A stretch of DNA of 64,000 nucleotides from the human T2T-CHM13v2.0 reference genome, Homo sapiens (GCF_009914755.1 NC_060932.1); one strand, 5' to 3'. Positions 1-18,432 are shown, counted from the stretch's first letter. Notes: generated by a model not told the origin, from the letters alone. Made by a program: numbers and translations.

Positions 1-1
1 G

Positions 2-148
<147 letters not shown>

Positions 149-2189
149 CTAAAATAATTTTAAAAATACAGTAAAAAATAAAAATAGACCTGCTTTGTTT
201 GAATCACAGTAGGATTTCTCTCTCTGTCCCCATTCCACATCAGTGGCCCCTTTGAAAGTTATTTAAAATACTAGGGCTCTGTCAAGCACTGTCCAAAAAT
301 CACCAAACTAGAAGTTCTCCTGGATTCCTTCCAGTTCTGGTATTTTTGAGGTTGTGATCATTCACCTGTGTGCCCTGAACTGGGTTGGATCACAGGCTTG
401 TCTTGCTTGGCTGCTGTGAGCTTTTTGTACTTGGCCTGCATTGGCCGAGGAAAATGCTCTGGCTATCCAGACTCACGTCACTTCCTTTCACCCCTCATGA
501 GGAAGGGGCATACCTCTCCTTTCTCCTAATGCAAGCGACGGTCCCCTTCCTTCCGGGACCAGGGGCCAAAGTGCGGTGGGGCTGGGATGGAGTGTTGTGG
601 GTTGCTAGTATGCATCCCCCCACCGACCTCTGCGCTGCACCTCTCTCCTGGTGTTGGACTTGCAGATTGTTGGAGCGGACTCTGCCTCTCTCCCCAGGTT
701 AATGTTTTTACTCACCCTCTGGCCTTGTCCTCTTGTAGGCTGCCATTGGTTTGGACTGGAATCAAGAGCTCAGGCTCCGTCAAGGTTATAGACTGAGGAT
801 ATGAATTTACCCAGCCCAAACTCAGTTTGTGAGTAAACTCCGGAGGCCAGAGAGGAGGGGCCTGAATTCATCTCGGTATCTCTCCAGAACACAAACTGCT
901 TCAGGGAAAGTTACCCAGGAGGAGGGGGCATTCGGCCTTTTCCTGGGCAGACCTTCAGAAAGAAGCCTGCCTGGGAACTGATAAACACATCTCCCTCTCT
1001 GGTTCCCAAGGACAGGGCTTGGCCTCTATCCACTTGTTTCCAAAGTTCCTTCCTGAGTGGCCTGCCTGTGTTAGCTACCTTCTCCCAGCCTGGCTCCAGT
1101 TGCTGGGTGGGAATCCAGCTGGGGGCTTAAGTGTCTGCTGTATCAGGGAAAACAAAATCTTAGGCCATTCTGAAGTCCAGAAACCACTGCCCAAAAACTA
1201 AGAGCATTCCTAGAATGGCTGGGAGAGGAGTGGGGATTGGGAGAAGATGAGAGAAGGTGAACTAGCCTGAGTTCCCTTTTTTCTTTTTGAGGTGGAGTCT
1301 CACTCCATTGTCCAGGTTGGAGTGAAGTGGCGTGATTTCGGCTCACTGCAACCTCTGCCTCCTGGGTTCAGTTGATTCTCATGACTCAGCCTCCCAAGTA
1401 GCTGGGACTACAGGTGTGTGCCACCATGCCTGGATAATTTTTGTATTTTTAGTAGAGACGGGGTTTTGCCATGTTGGACAGGCTGGGCTTGAACTCCTGA
1501 CCTCAGGTGATCTGCCCACCTTGGCCTCCCAAAGAGCTGGGATTACAGGGTGAGCCACTTCACCTGGCCTAGCCTGAGTTCTTAAGATGAAGAACTCAGA
1601 TGAACTCTTAAGATGAATAACTTTTTTTTTTGAGACAGGATCTTGCTTTGTCACCCAGCTTGGAGTGCAGAGGCTTGATCACAGCTCACTGCAACCTCCA
1701 ACTCCTAGGCTTATGCCATCCTCCTGCCTCAGATTCCCAAGTAGCTGGGACTACAGGCATGTGCCACCGCGCCCGCTAATTTTTCTGTTTTTTGTAGAGA
1801 CAAGAGTCTCTCTTTGTTTCCCAGGCTGGTATTGAACTCCTGGCCTCAAGTGATCCTCTTGCCTTGGCCTCACAAAGTGCTGGGAGTACAGGTATGAGCC
1901 ACAACACCTGGCCTCCCTTTCAGCTTTTTAAGAGAAACCAGAACCCCACATTTCATATTAAGTTTTCTAGTTATTGAAGCAGTGTACAGAAAACAAAACA
2001 CCCTCTTCTGTAGGCTTTGCTCTTGGGCTTTTCGTTTGCAAGCCCTGGTTTAAAGCCTTTGACAGATACATCCTTCTCCATGTACTTTTGCTTCACCAAT
2101 GACCAATTTCTCAAACCATGTTAGAGATGAGCTCTGTCATTTGTCTAGATTTCCATGGAGAAAGGTCTTCATGGTTAGTCAAGGGACTC

Positions 2190-4625
<2,436 letters not shown>

Positions 4626-5518
4626 CAGGGCTTTCTCATAAACTTTTGAATCTCTTGCCTCTTCATCCCACTCAAAAAAAAGTAATAAGGACAGAAACTT
4701 ATGATAAACAGGCTTTATCTTTCCTTATAATCTGGACCATTTTTCTTCTATTCAGTCCTTTTCTTTAAGGGATCCGTTTCTAGCAGGGGCCTTTTGGTGC
4801 AGCAATGCTGAACCCACTATAGCCAACATAATTCTGAGCTGCCTACCTGTGTATTTCCAGCTCCATCTGCCACACTGGGGCTCAGAATCAGTAGTTTTCC
4901 CTTAGCTGCATCCCTGTGGAATTTCCCAGCTGGGATTAGTTACAGGGGTGAAGGACTGGGCAAACATCCCTCCACCTTCCCAGAGAAAGCAAAGGCTCCA
5001 GGGGTCTGCTCAAGGATTTGAGTGAACACTGCAGAGTTGGTGGCTGGAGGTGATAAGGGAAGAAGGGGTAGGATGACAAGATTGACTTGGATCTCAATTT
5101 TGGAGCATTGAGGCTCCATGGGCTGGAAGCACAGGCTGAATACAAGAGCACGTTTATTCCTATTAATGCTGTGGTCCATTGTTTGGGATCAAATGATTAA
5201 CTGCTCAAGAGCAGGATAGGGGAGGCTGGCTGGATTTTTAATTTTGGTTTTGGAGGTGGGAGTAAGACTCATTTGTGACAGGTGTCACCCTTGGCCCCCC
5301 GGAAGGATAGGACTGATTCTATCTATGTGACACCCAGGCTGTGGCCTCTCAGTTCTTCCCCTTGAACTATATAGATCCCTCTAGAAGAGTGGCAATCTCT
5401 AGAAAAGATAGGGAAATCTTCAGTCACTTGATATCTCCAGATGTAAGCTCTCAGAGCTAGTAAGAGTGGGGCTTCCCAGTCTGAAGTCTGAGTAGCAAGT
5501 CCTCTTCTCCCTCCCCCA

Positions 5519-5520
<2 letters not shown>

Positions 5521-5552
<32 letters not shown>

Positions 5553-5680
5553 CTTGAGATGGCGGAGTTGAAGGCAAAGCATAGTAGGATGATGATATAT
5601 ATATATATAAAATTTATATATTAATTATATATAAATATAAATATATATATACATATAAATATATATATTTATATATATAT
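5521..5680 (+). repeat. (CA)15 microsatellite followed by a (TA)n-rich tract
   Basis: acacac... at 5521-5550; tatata... at 5595-5680. Confidence 0.9.
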
Positions 5681-6699
5681 TCTGGAGTCTGAGAACCCAA
5701 GTATAAATCCTAGCTCTTCTATTTACTATTTTGTGTCTTTGGGCAAATTAGGCAAATTTAATCTGCCCATTCCTAAGCAATTGCAATTATACCTACTTCA
5801 CAGGGCTTTTATGAGGATTAAATGAGTTGATATCTATAAAGACAGAAGAATGCCTGGGTATAGCCATAATATGTCTTTGTTAAATAATAAAAATGTATAA
5901 ACTGTTTTATGAGGATAATCTGGAAGTTGTTCTTTGGTCAAATATAATTTTTTTTTTTTGAGGCGGAGTCTCACTCTGTTGCCCAGGCTAGAGTGCAGTG
6001 GTGTGATCTCTGCTCACTGGAACCTCCACCTCCTGGGTTCAAGCAATTCTCGTGACTCAGCTTCCTGAGTAGCTGGGATTACAGACTTGTGCCACCACAT
6101 CGGCTAATTTTTGTATTTGTAGTAGAGATGGGGTTTTGCCATGTTGCCAGGCTGGTCTTGAACCCCTGACCTCCGGTGATCTGCCCGCTTCAGCCTCCTA
6201 AAATGCTGGGATTACAGGCATGAGCCACTGCGCCAGGCCTCAAATATACTTTAGTAGCAATACTTCCCTACTAGAAGTTAGAATTAAATTCTGAAGTTAT
6301 TCAGCATGCAAAGAGTCTAAAACCATTCAGACTGGATAGATATTGTTATGGCTGTTAGGTTACATTAGTAAGTATATATTTTCTAAATGAGAACTGGCAG
6401 GACATGGTGGCTCACACCTGTAATTCCAGCATTTTGGGAGGCTTAGGTGGGAGGATCACTTGAGCCCAGGAGTTCACGGCTGCAGTGAGCTATGATGACA
6501 CCACTACACTGCAGCCTGGGTGACAGAGCAAGACTATCTCTAAGAAAATAAAAAGAGCAATAGGAAAAAGAAGGTGAGATCATAATTACAGTCAGTCCTT
6601 CTAAGAGCCTGAGTGATTTGAGGGCTCTTTTTAGTTATACTTAAGTCCTTTGGCCCATGGTCTGACAGCGAATCAAAGCATTTAATTAGAGTCAACATT

Positions 6700-6761
6700 C
6701 CCCTCCTCTCCTCCCTCCCTCCCTCCTTTCTTTTTCTTTCTTTCTTTCTTCCTTACTTTCT

Positions 6762-6821
<60 letters not shown>

Positions 6822-6986
6822 TTTCTTTCTCTTTCTTTCTTTCTTTCTTTCCTTCTTTCCTTTTTTCTTTCCTTCTTTCCTTCCTTCTCTTTCTCTCTTT
6901 CTTCTTTCTCTTCCTTTCTCCCTTTCTCTCTTTTTCTTTTTCTCTTTCTGTCTTCCTTCCTTCTTTCTTTCTTTTTCTTCCTTTCC

Positions 6987-7017
<31 letters not shown>

Positions 7018-7020
7018 TTG
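6700..7020 (+). repeat. (TTTC)n/(TTCC)n polypyrimidine tract derived from an Alu tail
   Basis: ~320 nt, almost purely pyrimidine, abutting a minus-strand Alu. Confidence 0.95.
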
Positions 7021-7676
7021 TGACAGAGTTTCACTCTGTCATCCAGGCTGGAGTGCAGTGGTGCGATCTCAGCTGACTGCAACCTCCACCTCTCTGATAC
7101 AAGTGATTCTCCTGCCTCAGCCTCCTGAGTAGTTGGGATTGCAGGTATGCACCACCACGCCAAACTTACATATATATATGTATTTCTTCAGTAGAGATGG
7201 GGTTTTGCCATGTTGGCCAGGCTGGTCTCAAATTCTTGACCTCCAGTGATCCACCCACCTAGGCCTCCCAAAGTGCTGGGATTACAGGCGTGAGCCACCG
7301 TGCCCGACCGAGAGTCAACATTTCTAATGAAGGCCTCACTCTCTCCCTTAGATAACTGGCATTTTTAAATGCCAGTTAATAAATGTGTCCCTTAACAGTG
7401 ACCACATTTTGAGATCACAGCCAGTAAATAGATCTTGCTGGCCTCCTATCTTATAGGTCTAGCCTGGAGCATTGAGAACTATACATTCTGTGAGATCTGG
7501 AATTTCAGTTGCCGTAGTTGGAAAAGAATGCCAATGTTGGCAATTTAAAATATGACAAATGCAGGCGATTGAAAACAATCGTGGCTGTTAGGCTAAAAGT
7601 AGGAGGACACAGAACCCTGACAGCTGGCTTCAAACCACGGGAAGGGCTGTCACAGGGAGGGAAGAAGAGAAAGAAC

Positions 7677-8664
<988 letters not shown>

Positions 8665-9283
8665 TAAATGATCACAACAATCCCATGGAAGTCTGCTGTA
8701 CGATTGCCAGTAAACAGAGGGGGAAGAAGTAAGTGACTTAGTCACCTCCCCTAATTGGCGTGTGCTACAGTCAGCCCAGGAATCCTGGCTGGTCAGATCT
8801 TTCAACCTCCTCTCAGCACCACCATAACACGATTGCATTATGTGCATACAAGGCAGAGCTTTCTAAAATTTAGAGCTGGTGGGATGGTGTGGAAATTATG
8901 TAGTGGTTTCCTATTCTCAAAGATGTTCGAGCAAATGCTTGATGACTGTTATCAAAAATACTGAATAAGTGGCTCACACCTGTAATCCCAGCACTTTGGG
9001 AGGCTGAGGTGGGCAGATCACCTAAGGTCAGGAGTTCAAGACCAGCCGGCCAGCATGGTGGAACCGCATCTCTACTAAAAATACAAAAATTAGCCAGGCA
9101 TGGTGGCGCCTGTAATCCCAGGTACTTGGGAGGCTGAGGCAGGAGAATCGCTTGAACCTAGGAGGCGGAGGTTGCAGTGAGCCAAGATCACCCCAACCCA
9201 GCTTGGGCAACAGAGCAAGACCATGATTGAGGAGAGTGGAAATGGATAATCTATGAAGGCACCTACCAACTTTAATGTTCTGA

Positions 9284-9766
<483 letters not shown>

Positions 9767-9977
9767 TAAGTAGCTGGGACTACAGGCATGCTCCACCCCG
9801 CCTGGCTATTTTTTAATTTTTTTATAGAGATGGGGTCTCGCCATGTTTCCCAGGCTAATCTCAAACTCTTGGGCTGAAACAATTGGCCTGCGTTGGTTTC
9901 CCAAAGTGCTAGGATTATAGGCATGAACCACCGTGCCTGGCGGTATTATATTTCTTAACACCCAGGTGTGTGAATAG

Positions 9978-10243
<266 letters not shown>

Positions 10244-10598
10244 TAGGATAACAGGCGTGAGCCCCTGCGCCGGGTCTAGAGACTTCTTCAAAGCTGGGAA
10301 GGTACAGGGTGTGCCCTCTGAACAGCAGCAGAGCTTGTTGCAAACCTGAACTTTCTGGTCCTCTGCTGCCCCTTTGTGGACTACCTGGAAACAACAGCCC
10401 AATATATCGCTGTAGGAGCATGAAATTGGACTTGGGAGAATAGCACCAGAAGAACTGGTGGAGGTTTGAAGGCTGGTGGAGGATACGAGGGAGTCACGAC
10501 TGTTCTTTTCTCCAGCAAGGTTGGGGTTCCCAGGAGAGAGGCCTAGAACTCTTTCAAACTGTCAATGACTTCAAGAAACTCTCTTCTTTTTCATGATC

Positions 10599-10604
10599 TT
10601 TATT
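10599..10604 (-). terminator. DUSP26: Polyadenylation signal AATAAA for DUSP26
   Basis: TTTATT on the + strand, ~660 nt downstream of the stop codon. Confidence 0.75.
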
Positions 10605-11266
10605 TATCCTCGAGACGCTTGGATCCAGTAAGCGAGTGACAATTTCAAGACTGCCAGCCATGCACCTCTGTATGTTTTTGGCCCAAGCAGCAGCCGTGGG
10701 CCTAGTGCCAACCCTCACACGCTAGCTACCTCCTCCTGTGCTTGGAGTGGAAAGTCTGTGGGGTTCTCTGTCTGGTTCTGCAAGCTTTTCACACCATCTC
10801 TTCGCTGTCTGTCTCTATGCTAGGGGTTTCACACAACTCTACACCATTGCATTCATGCTTGCCGTATCCCTGACTTTCTGCACAAGTGCAGGGCAGAGAT
10901 GGCCCTTTTGTTTTGGTGAGGGAGAGAGGGAAACACTTGGGCACAAAGAGGGGAAGGGACTGTGAATCCCAGGGAGCACCCTGGCCAGATCCCAGCGGTG
11001 TTCGAATCCCAGGACCATCTTCCATCTACAGCCTAGCTGCCTCCTTCCCTGGTCAACCCTTCCTGGGTGCCCATCCACCACACTGCCCAACCTCACTCCC
11101 CGTCCCCTCCCACAAAGAGTGACAGTGGCCTGGGGCTCGGCCTCTCCTGACCCCAGGGGAGGATGGGTGATCTGGGCCTCCTGCTACCTGCCACCTGGGC
11201 CTCCTATCTCCAGCTGGGAGCCAGGGACCTACCCACGGGCCTGGCCTGACCTCTCTCCCCCTCCCC

Positions 11267-11466
11267 TCATGCTTCCAGACCCTGCCGCAGCCTGCGGTCC
11301 AGGGCCAGGAGCTGCCTCAGGAAGCCCCGGTTGGGGATGATGCCTCGGTGGTCTTTGACTTTCTTGATGGCCTCCACGAGGGTAAGGTGGTGGTACAGCA
11401 TGAGGTAGGCCAGTACCAGGGTGGCGGATCGGCTCACGCCCACAGCACAATGCACCAGGATCTTCC
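11267..11466 (-). CDS. DUSP26: DUSP26 coding exon 3 (last exon), [14 protein letters not shown]...RQGLEA*
   Basis: Acceptor ctctcag|GG at 11468/11466; HCxxGxxR PTP loop (HCAVGVSR, 11429-11452); AYLM and [12 protein letters not shown] motifs; TGA at 11269-11267; 221+215+200=636 nt. Confidence 0.97.
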
Positions 11467-11542
11467 CTGAGAGGAGAGACACAGAGAGAGCTTTGAGACT
11501 GCTTGTGGCAGCTTGGAGGAGGCTGGGGAAAGGGTGACATGG

Positions 11543-11819
11543 GGCCGGGCATGGTGGCTCACGGCGGTAATTCCAGCACTTTTGGAGGCCGAAGGGGGAA
11601 GATTGCCTGAGGTCAGGAGTTCGAGACCAGCCTGGCCAACATGGTGAAACCCCATCTCTACTAAAAATACAAAAATCAACTGGGCGTGGTGGCCCATGCC
11701 TGTAATCTCAGCTACTCAGGAGGCTGAGGCTGCAGTGAGCCAAGATCGTGTCATTGCACTCCACCCAGGCAACAAAAGTGAAACCCCATCTCAAAAAAAA
11801 AAAAAAAAAAAAAAAAAAA
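11543..11819 (+). mobile_element. AluS with a right-arm internal deletion, ~75 nt from the last-exon acceptor
   Basis: TSD aaagggtgacatgg at 11529-11542 and 11817-11830; gaggctgaggctgcagtgagc shows a deletion between GAGG repeats. Confidence 0.85.
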
Positions 11820-12215
11820 GGGTGACATGGACAGGGAAGAGGAAGACAGGTAAGTACAGGTGCATGAAGACAGGAATGGGTGCAGATGAGTGGATGTTAG
11901 GAATGCAGATCTCTGGCAAAAGGGGAGAGGCCTGGACAGAATGAGAGGAAGGGGACATGCAGTGGCTCAGTGTCCATAAACCTGAAAGGGGTCAAAGGTG
12001 GAGACTCACCACTGATGTAAGAGCCAGCTTTGCATAGAGTAGCGTGAATGAGTCCATTGAAAACACTGTCATTACTGGCCCCTTCCTCAATCTCTCCACC
12101 ATTCTAGCTTGTTATTCTCAACCATTGAATATATATATATGTATATGGAGACAGGGTCTTGCTCTGCCTCTCAGGCTGAGTGCAGTGGCACAATCATAGC
12201 TCACTACAACCTCTA

Positions 12216-12668
<453 letters not shown>

Positions 12669-12786
12669 TTAACAAGATCCTGAGCATTTTGTCATGTCAC
12701 TAAAATCTCACTCCACTCTCAGACCCTTGGACTTCCCCAAATTCCAGGCACCCTGTTCTTTCCTGCTCCCAGCATTCCCCTCCTAC

Positions 12787-13001
12787 CTCCTGGCTGGCTC
12801 AGCGCCCGGTGGATGAAGTCGGCAGCCGTCTGGAAGTGGATGCTCATGTCAAAGGCTGGCGAGTCGTGGGCCTCAACACCCAGGTAGCGGATGCCCAGCC
12901 CCTCATAGGCCTCGGGCGTGCCTCGCCACCGGCTGTGTGAGGCATTGAGGACGTGCGTGATGCCCAGGCGGCGAAGCTCCCGGCGGTTGTTAGCCATGTC
13001 C
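12787..13001 (-). CDS. DUSP26: DUSP26 coding exon 2 (gene exon 3), [20 protein letters not shown]...ALSQPG
   Basis: Acceptor tcaatgcag|G at 13003/13001; donor GAG|GTAGGA at 12786; 215 nt; contains LGITHVLNA and the general-acid Asp120 (AHDSP). Confidence 0.97.
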
Positions 13002-13099
13002 CTGCATTGAGTAGAGGTTAGAGGAAGGGTGGGAAAGCCAGGTTGTTGGGGAAGACTCCCTTGTCTACACCCTGTTAACTTCCTGAATCCTATTGTTGA

Positions 13100-13374
13100 T
13101 TTTTTTTTGAGATGGAGTCTCGCTCTGTTTCCTAGGCCAGAGTGCTCACTGCCACCTCCATCTCCTGGGTTCAAACGATTCTCCTGCCTCAGCCTCCCGG
13201 GTAGCTGGGATTACAGGCACATGCCACTATACCCGGATAATTTTTGTATCTTTAGTAGAGATGGGGTTTTATCATGTTGGCCAGGCTGGTCTTGAACTCC
13301 TGACCTCAAGTTATCCTCCCGCCTCGGCCTTCCAAAGTGCTGGGATGACAGACGTGAGCTACCATGCCTGGCCT
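13100..13374 (-). mobile_element. AluS in DUSP26 intron 2, ~100 nt from exon 3
   Basis: tttttttttgagatggagtctcgctctg...ccatgcctggcc. Confidence 0.9.
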
Positions 13375-13564
13375 CCTGGATCCTACTATTGGCCTAAGGA
13401 CACTACTTTACTTACTAGTGATCCAGAAGGGAGGAACCAAGATGGGCAATGACTTGGAGTCTTGTCCTGTGAGCCATGGTTGAAGGTATAGGGGATGTTT
13501 TGCCTGGAGAAGAGAAGACTAAGGGGATGGGGTAAAAATAGCCATAATAAAACTGAAAGTGTGC

Positions 13565-14101
<537 letters not shown>

Positions 14102-15197
14102 TGAGTAGCTGGGATTACAGGTGCCTGCCACCATGCCCGGCTAATTTTTGTATTTTTAGTAGAGATGGGATTTCATCGTGTTGGCCAAGCTGGTCTCGAA
14201 CTCCTGACCTTGTGATCCACCTATCTAGGCCTCCCAAAGTGCTGGGATTATAGGCGTGAGCCACTGTGCCTGGCCAGCTGATTTCAATTTCATACAAGGA
14301 AGTACATTCTAATGGTGGAGTCTAGCTGAGGAAAGGGTGGAGAACCTCGAGAGAGAGTGGTTTTCCTGTCCCTGGGGTATTCAGGCAGAAAGAGGAGATG
14401 GCCATGTAGCCATGGATGCTGCAGAGGGGAAATGAATGTCAGGCAGATTGTTCTGCTCATTTCATCGGTCCTGCTCACTCTGAGATAGTATGGTTCTGAC
14501 ATCCACTTCCACACCTAACTCCCCTATGTCTCTACTCTTGTTGACACCCAGAACCGTCTTGTGTTTTTGCCAGATATTCCATGGCTCACATTTACTGTGA
14601 CTGTGTTTTTTTTTGTTGTTGTTGTTGTTGTTTGTTTTTTTTTTTGAGATGGTGTCTTGCTCTGTCACCTAGGCTGGAGTGCTAGAGTGCAGTGGCGCGA
14701 TCTCGGCTCACTGCCACCTCTGCCTCCCGGGTTCAAGCAATTCTCTGCCTCAGCCTCCCGAGTAGCTGGGATTACAGGTGCCCACCACCATGCCAGGCTA
14801 ATATTTGTATTTTTAGTAGAGACGGGGTTTCACTATCTTGGCCAGGCTGGTCTTGAACTCCTGACCTCGTGATCCATCCGCCTAAGTATCCCAAAGTGCT
14901 GGGATTACAGATGTGAGCCACCATGCCCGGCCACATTTACCCTGTTTTATGACGTCACCTTCAGGTGTTCATCCGGCCCAGACCCCTCAGCTTGGTGGCA
15001 GACACCCCTGGGCACCACAGTCATATCTCAGGGCAAACTGAGTTGCCCTGTCCAGTGCAAACTCCTTAAGCAGAAAGAGCACTGAACTTGAGCCTCCAAG
15101 CCCGGGCTCTGCTACTTACAACCCGTGTGACCTTGGCCAGGCACAACTTCTCTGAGCTTCAGTCTCCTCATCTGTAACCCAGGGAGAGTGATACCTA

Positions 15198-15533
<336 letters not shown>

Positions 15534-15536
15534 TCA

Positions 15537-16089
<553 letters not shown>

Positions 16090-16548
16090 TCAGAGAAGTC
16101 ATCTATTGTGCCTGGTATGTAGCACTGGCATGTAATAATAAATATGTGATACATGAATGATATTATTACTGGAACAGAGTCTTTCTGTCCAGACTTGGGT
16201 ATTTTTATTTTATTTATTTTATTTTAAAATAATAAGTAGAGATGGGGTCTGGTTTTGTTGCTCAGGCTGGTCTAGAACTCCTGTACTCTAGATACTCCTG
16301 CCTCAGCCTTTCAAACTGCTGGGATCACAGGCAAGAGACACTGTGACTGGCCAGAGTTGGGCATTTCAATAATCCTGGCCAAACTCTCCCAAACCTGCAG
16401 CCTCTACTCTTGGCCCATGTGCCCTATCCCCTCAATCTTCAACCAGGAACCAATGACACCACTGCATACCTGTCTGCCACCCTTCTCCTTTCTTACACAC
16501 ACAAACACACACACGCTCTACCGTGGGCCCAGTCTGCCCGATACATAC

Positions 16549-16769
16549 TGGTCTCCGAGATAGAGGCCTGGCCAGACCTCGTCGGCATGGTTACAGGCTG
16601 TCTTGCCTGTGTAGAGGAGCCGCTCCAACTCGAAGACATTGAGGAAAGGATGTTGAACGGTTGGCATCTCCTCCAGGGTCCCTCGAGTTCGAACAGGAGA
16701 CCTTGAGCTACTCCGGGAGAAGCGGGCCATAAAAGTCATAGAAGCCCAAAGCCAGTTACCAGGGCACAT
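16549..16769 (-). CDS. DUSP26: DUSP26 coding exon 1 (gene exon 2), MCPGNWLWAS...PGLYLGDQ
   Basis: ATG at 16769 (context aagATGT); 221 nt; donor CA|GTATGT with GT at 16548-16547; translation recognised as the DUSP26 N-terminus, with the DSP motif EVWPGLYLG. Confidence 0.97.
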
Positions 16770-16845
16770 CTTAGAGGTGGCAGAAACCGTGGCAGCTGCA
16801 GGAGTGGCTGTGGTGATGATGGGTTCAGTTGCCAGGTAGCTGCTG
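16770..16845 (-). other. DUSP26: 5' UTR part of DUSP26 exon 2
   Basis: Pyrimidine tract cccttcctcttccag| with AG at 16847-16846, 76 nt upstream of the ATG; no ATG within these 76 nt. Confidence 0.8.
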
Positions 16846-17133
16846 CTGGAAGAGGAAGGGGTGTGAGACACACTTGAGTGAGTCCAGAGCAGCTGCTTCC
16901 CTTCCCTGGGCTGGTCCTTCGGGAGAAGATTCTCGAGGGAGAGAAGGTAAGCCTGGCTCTGGCAGGAGCCTTCAGGGGTGGCTTTTTCTTCAAGCTGCAG
17001 CAGCTCCTTTTGCTCAGCTCTTTGGCTCTGCCACGAAACGAGGTGGGAGAGTCACATGTCCTTGTTTACGGGGAGAGGGAGCTGCCCAGCTGCTAGGTTT
17101 CAGCTTCATCACCCCACCCCCACTGCCAGCACG

Positions 17134-17164
<31 letters not shown>

Positions 17165-17323
17165 GGCACTTGGGTGGTTGTCCCCACTGCTGGGGATCTT
17201 GCCAGCTGGAATCTGAGTCTCATCTGCCTGGGGCTATCGGCAGAGAGCCTAGGGAGCTGGGATGGGGTTGGGGGTACCTTTAGACCCATCCAAAGAGAAT
17301 TAGCAGGGAGACAACAGCAGCTG
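16793..17323. promoter_or_regulatory. Candidate muscle/neural bHLH enhancer (CAGCTG cluster)
   Basis: CAGCTG at 16793, 16890, 17087, 17203 and 17318; TGTTTAC (FOX) at 17063-17069; CACTTGA (NKX2-5) at 16871-16877. Confidence 0.45.
17137..17164 (+). repeat. (CA)n microsatellite in DUSP26 intron 1
   Basis: Visible CA run. Confidence 0.9.
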
Positions 17324-17628
17324 AGGCCATGACACATGTCAGGCCTGCCATCTCTGTGCCAGAGTTAGACTTTAACCCCTTCGTGACCTGCCACTGCCTC
17401 AGAGATAAACCTGCTATGGGAAGGGTGTGGTGGGGGTGGGATGGGGTGAGTGGAGAATAGCAATAAAGAGGAAGAGTAAGTTTGCAAAAAATAAATACTT
17501 GCTGAATGCATGAGCTTATGGAAGAAGGCACCAATCTATGTGCACAACAGGCAAACCACCCTCCTTGGATCAGCATTAGGAAATTACTGATCAGATCTCA
17601 GCTCTAATGTGAGAATTTCTGAATCTAA

Positions 17629-17766
17629 GCAGGGTTGGAGTGTTTTGTCTGTGTGTGTCTTGAGGGGAGGGTGACAGAGGTGGATGGTGGGGGAATTGAC
17701 GCAGGGTTGGAGTGTTTTGTCTGTGTGTGTCTTGAGGGGAGGGGGGACAGGGGTGGGTGGTGGGGG
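17629..17766 (+). repeat. Two-copy 72-bp tandem repeat, G-rich
   Basis: gcagggttggagtgttttgtctgtgtgtgtcttgaggggaggg at 17629 and 17701. Confidence 0.9.
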
Positions 17767-18368
17767 CCTAGAAAGCAGGAAGGAAAGGGAAAAATGAGGG
17801 ATCCTGCCAGGTCCAGGGGCTCAGAGGCTTAGAATTACCAACCGTATGGCTGTTGGAGTCAAGTGACCCTACAAAACACGAGGTCAATAACGAGGGGCTT
17901 AGCAGGTGTGTCTCAGATTACCTGTTGAGCTGCAGAGCTGGGAAGGACCAGCGTTTGAGGCTTGCCCTGGGACCTTCAGGCAGGGAGGCAACAATGGCAA
18001 GGCCCCTTCCCCCTCCCTCCCCATCCTCTCACACCTGTGGTCCTGCCTGTTTGAAAGCAGGAGGTCCTGGAGCCTGCAGAATCCCCTTCCACTCCCTTCC
18101 TGGCCTCCTGCCAGGGGGACTTCAACTCTATGACCAGCAGTGAGAGGCCATCTTTGTCCCTGCCCATGCTCTGTCCCCATCTCACACCCCTAGACAGGGC
18201 CCAGCTCTCCCTTGCTCCAGTGCCAAGAGAAACCAAGCACTTACAAGGCATTAGAAGCAGGGGTTTTAGGACCAGGATTGGTGAGGGAAGATTGGATGTT
18301 AGGGAGTTTAGGGAGAGAGAGTTTTCAATGGCTGGGTCCGGAAGGAGCACAGAAATATAGCACTACAG

Positions 18369-18432
18369 CCATCATCACCACCACCATCACCATCATCACT
18401 ACCACCATCACCACCATCACTATCACCATCAT
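18369..18432 (+). repeat. (CAC/CAT)n trinucleotide tract in intron 1
   Basis: ccatcatcaccaccaccatcaccatcatcactaccaccatcacc... Confidence 0.9.

Noticed and set aside
10995-11013. GTTCGAATCC tRNA B-box-like motif in the DUSP26 3' UTR
   Set aside because: The flanks do not pair as a T-stem and there is no cloverleaf or A-box; not a tRNA gene.
11543-11819. Antisense Alu near the last-exon acceptor as an exonisation candidate
   Set aside because: A poly(T)-AG acceptor exists, but I found no convincing GT donor in the partly deleted right arm.
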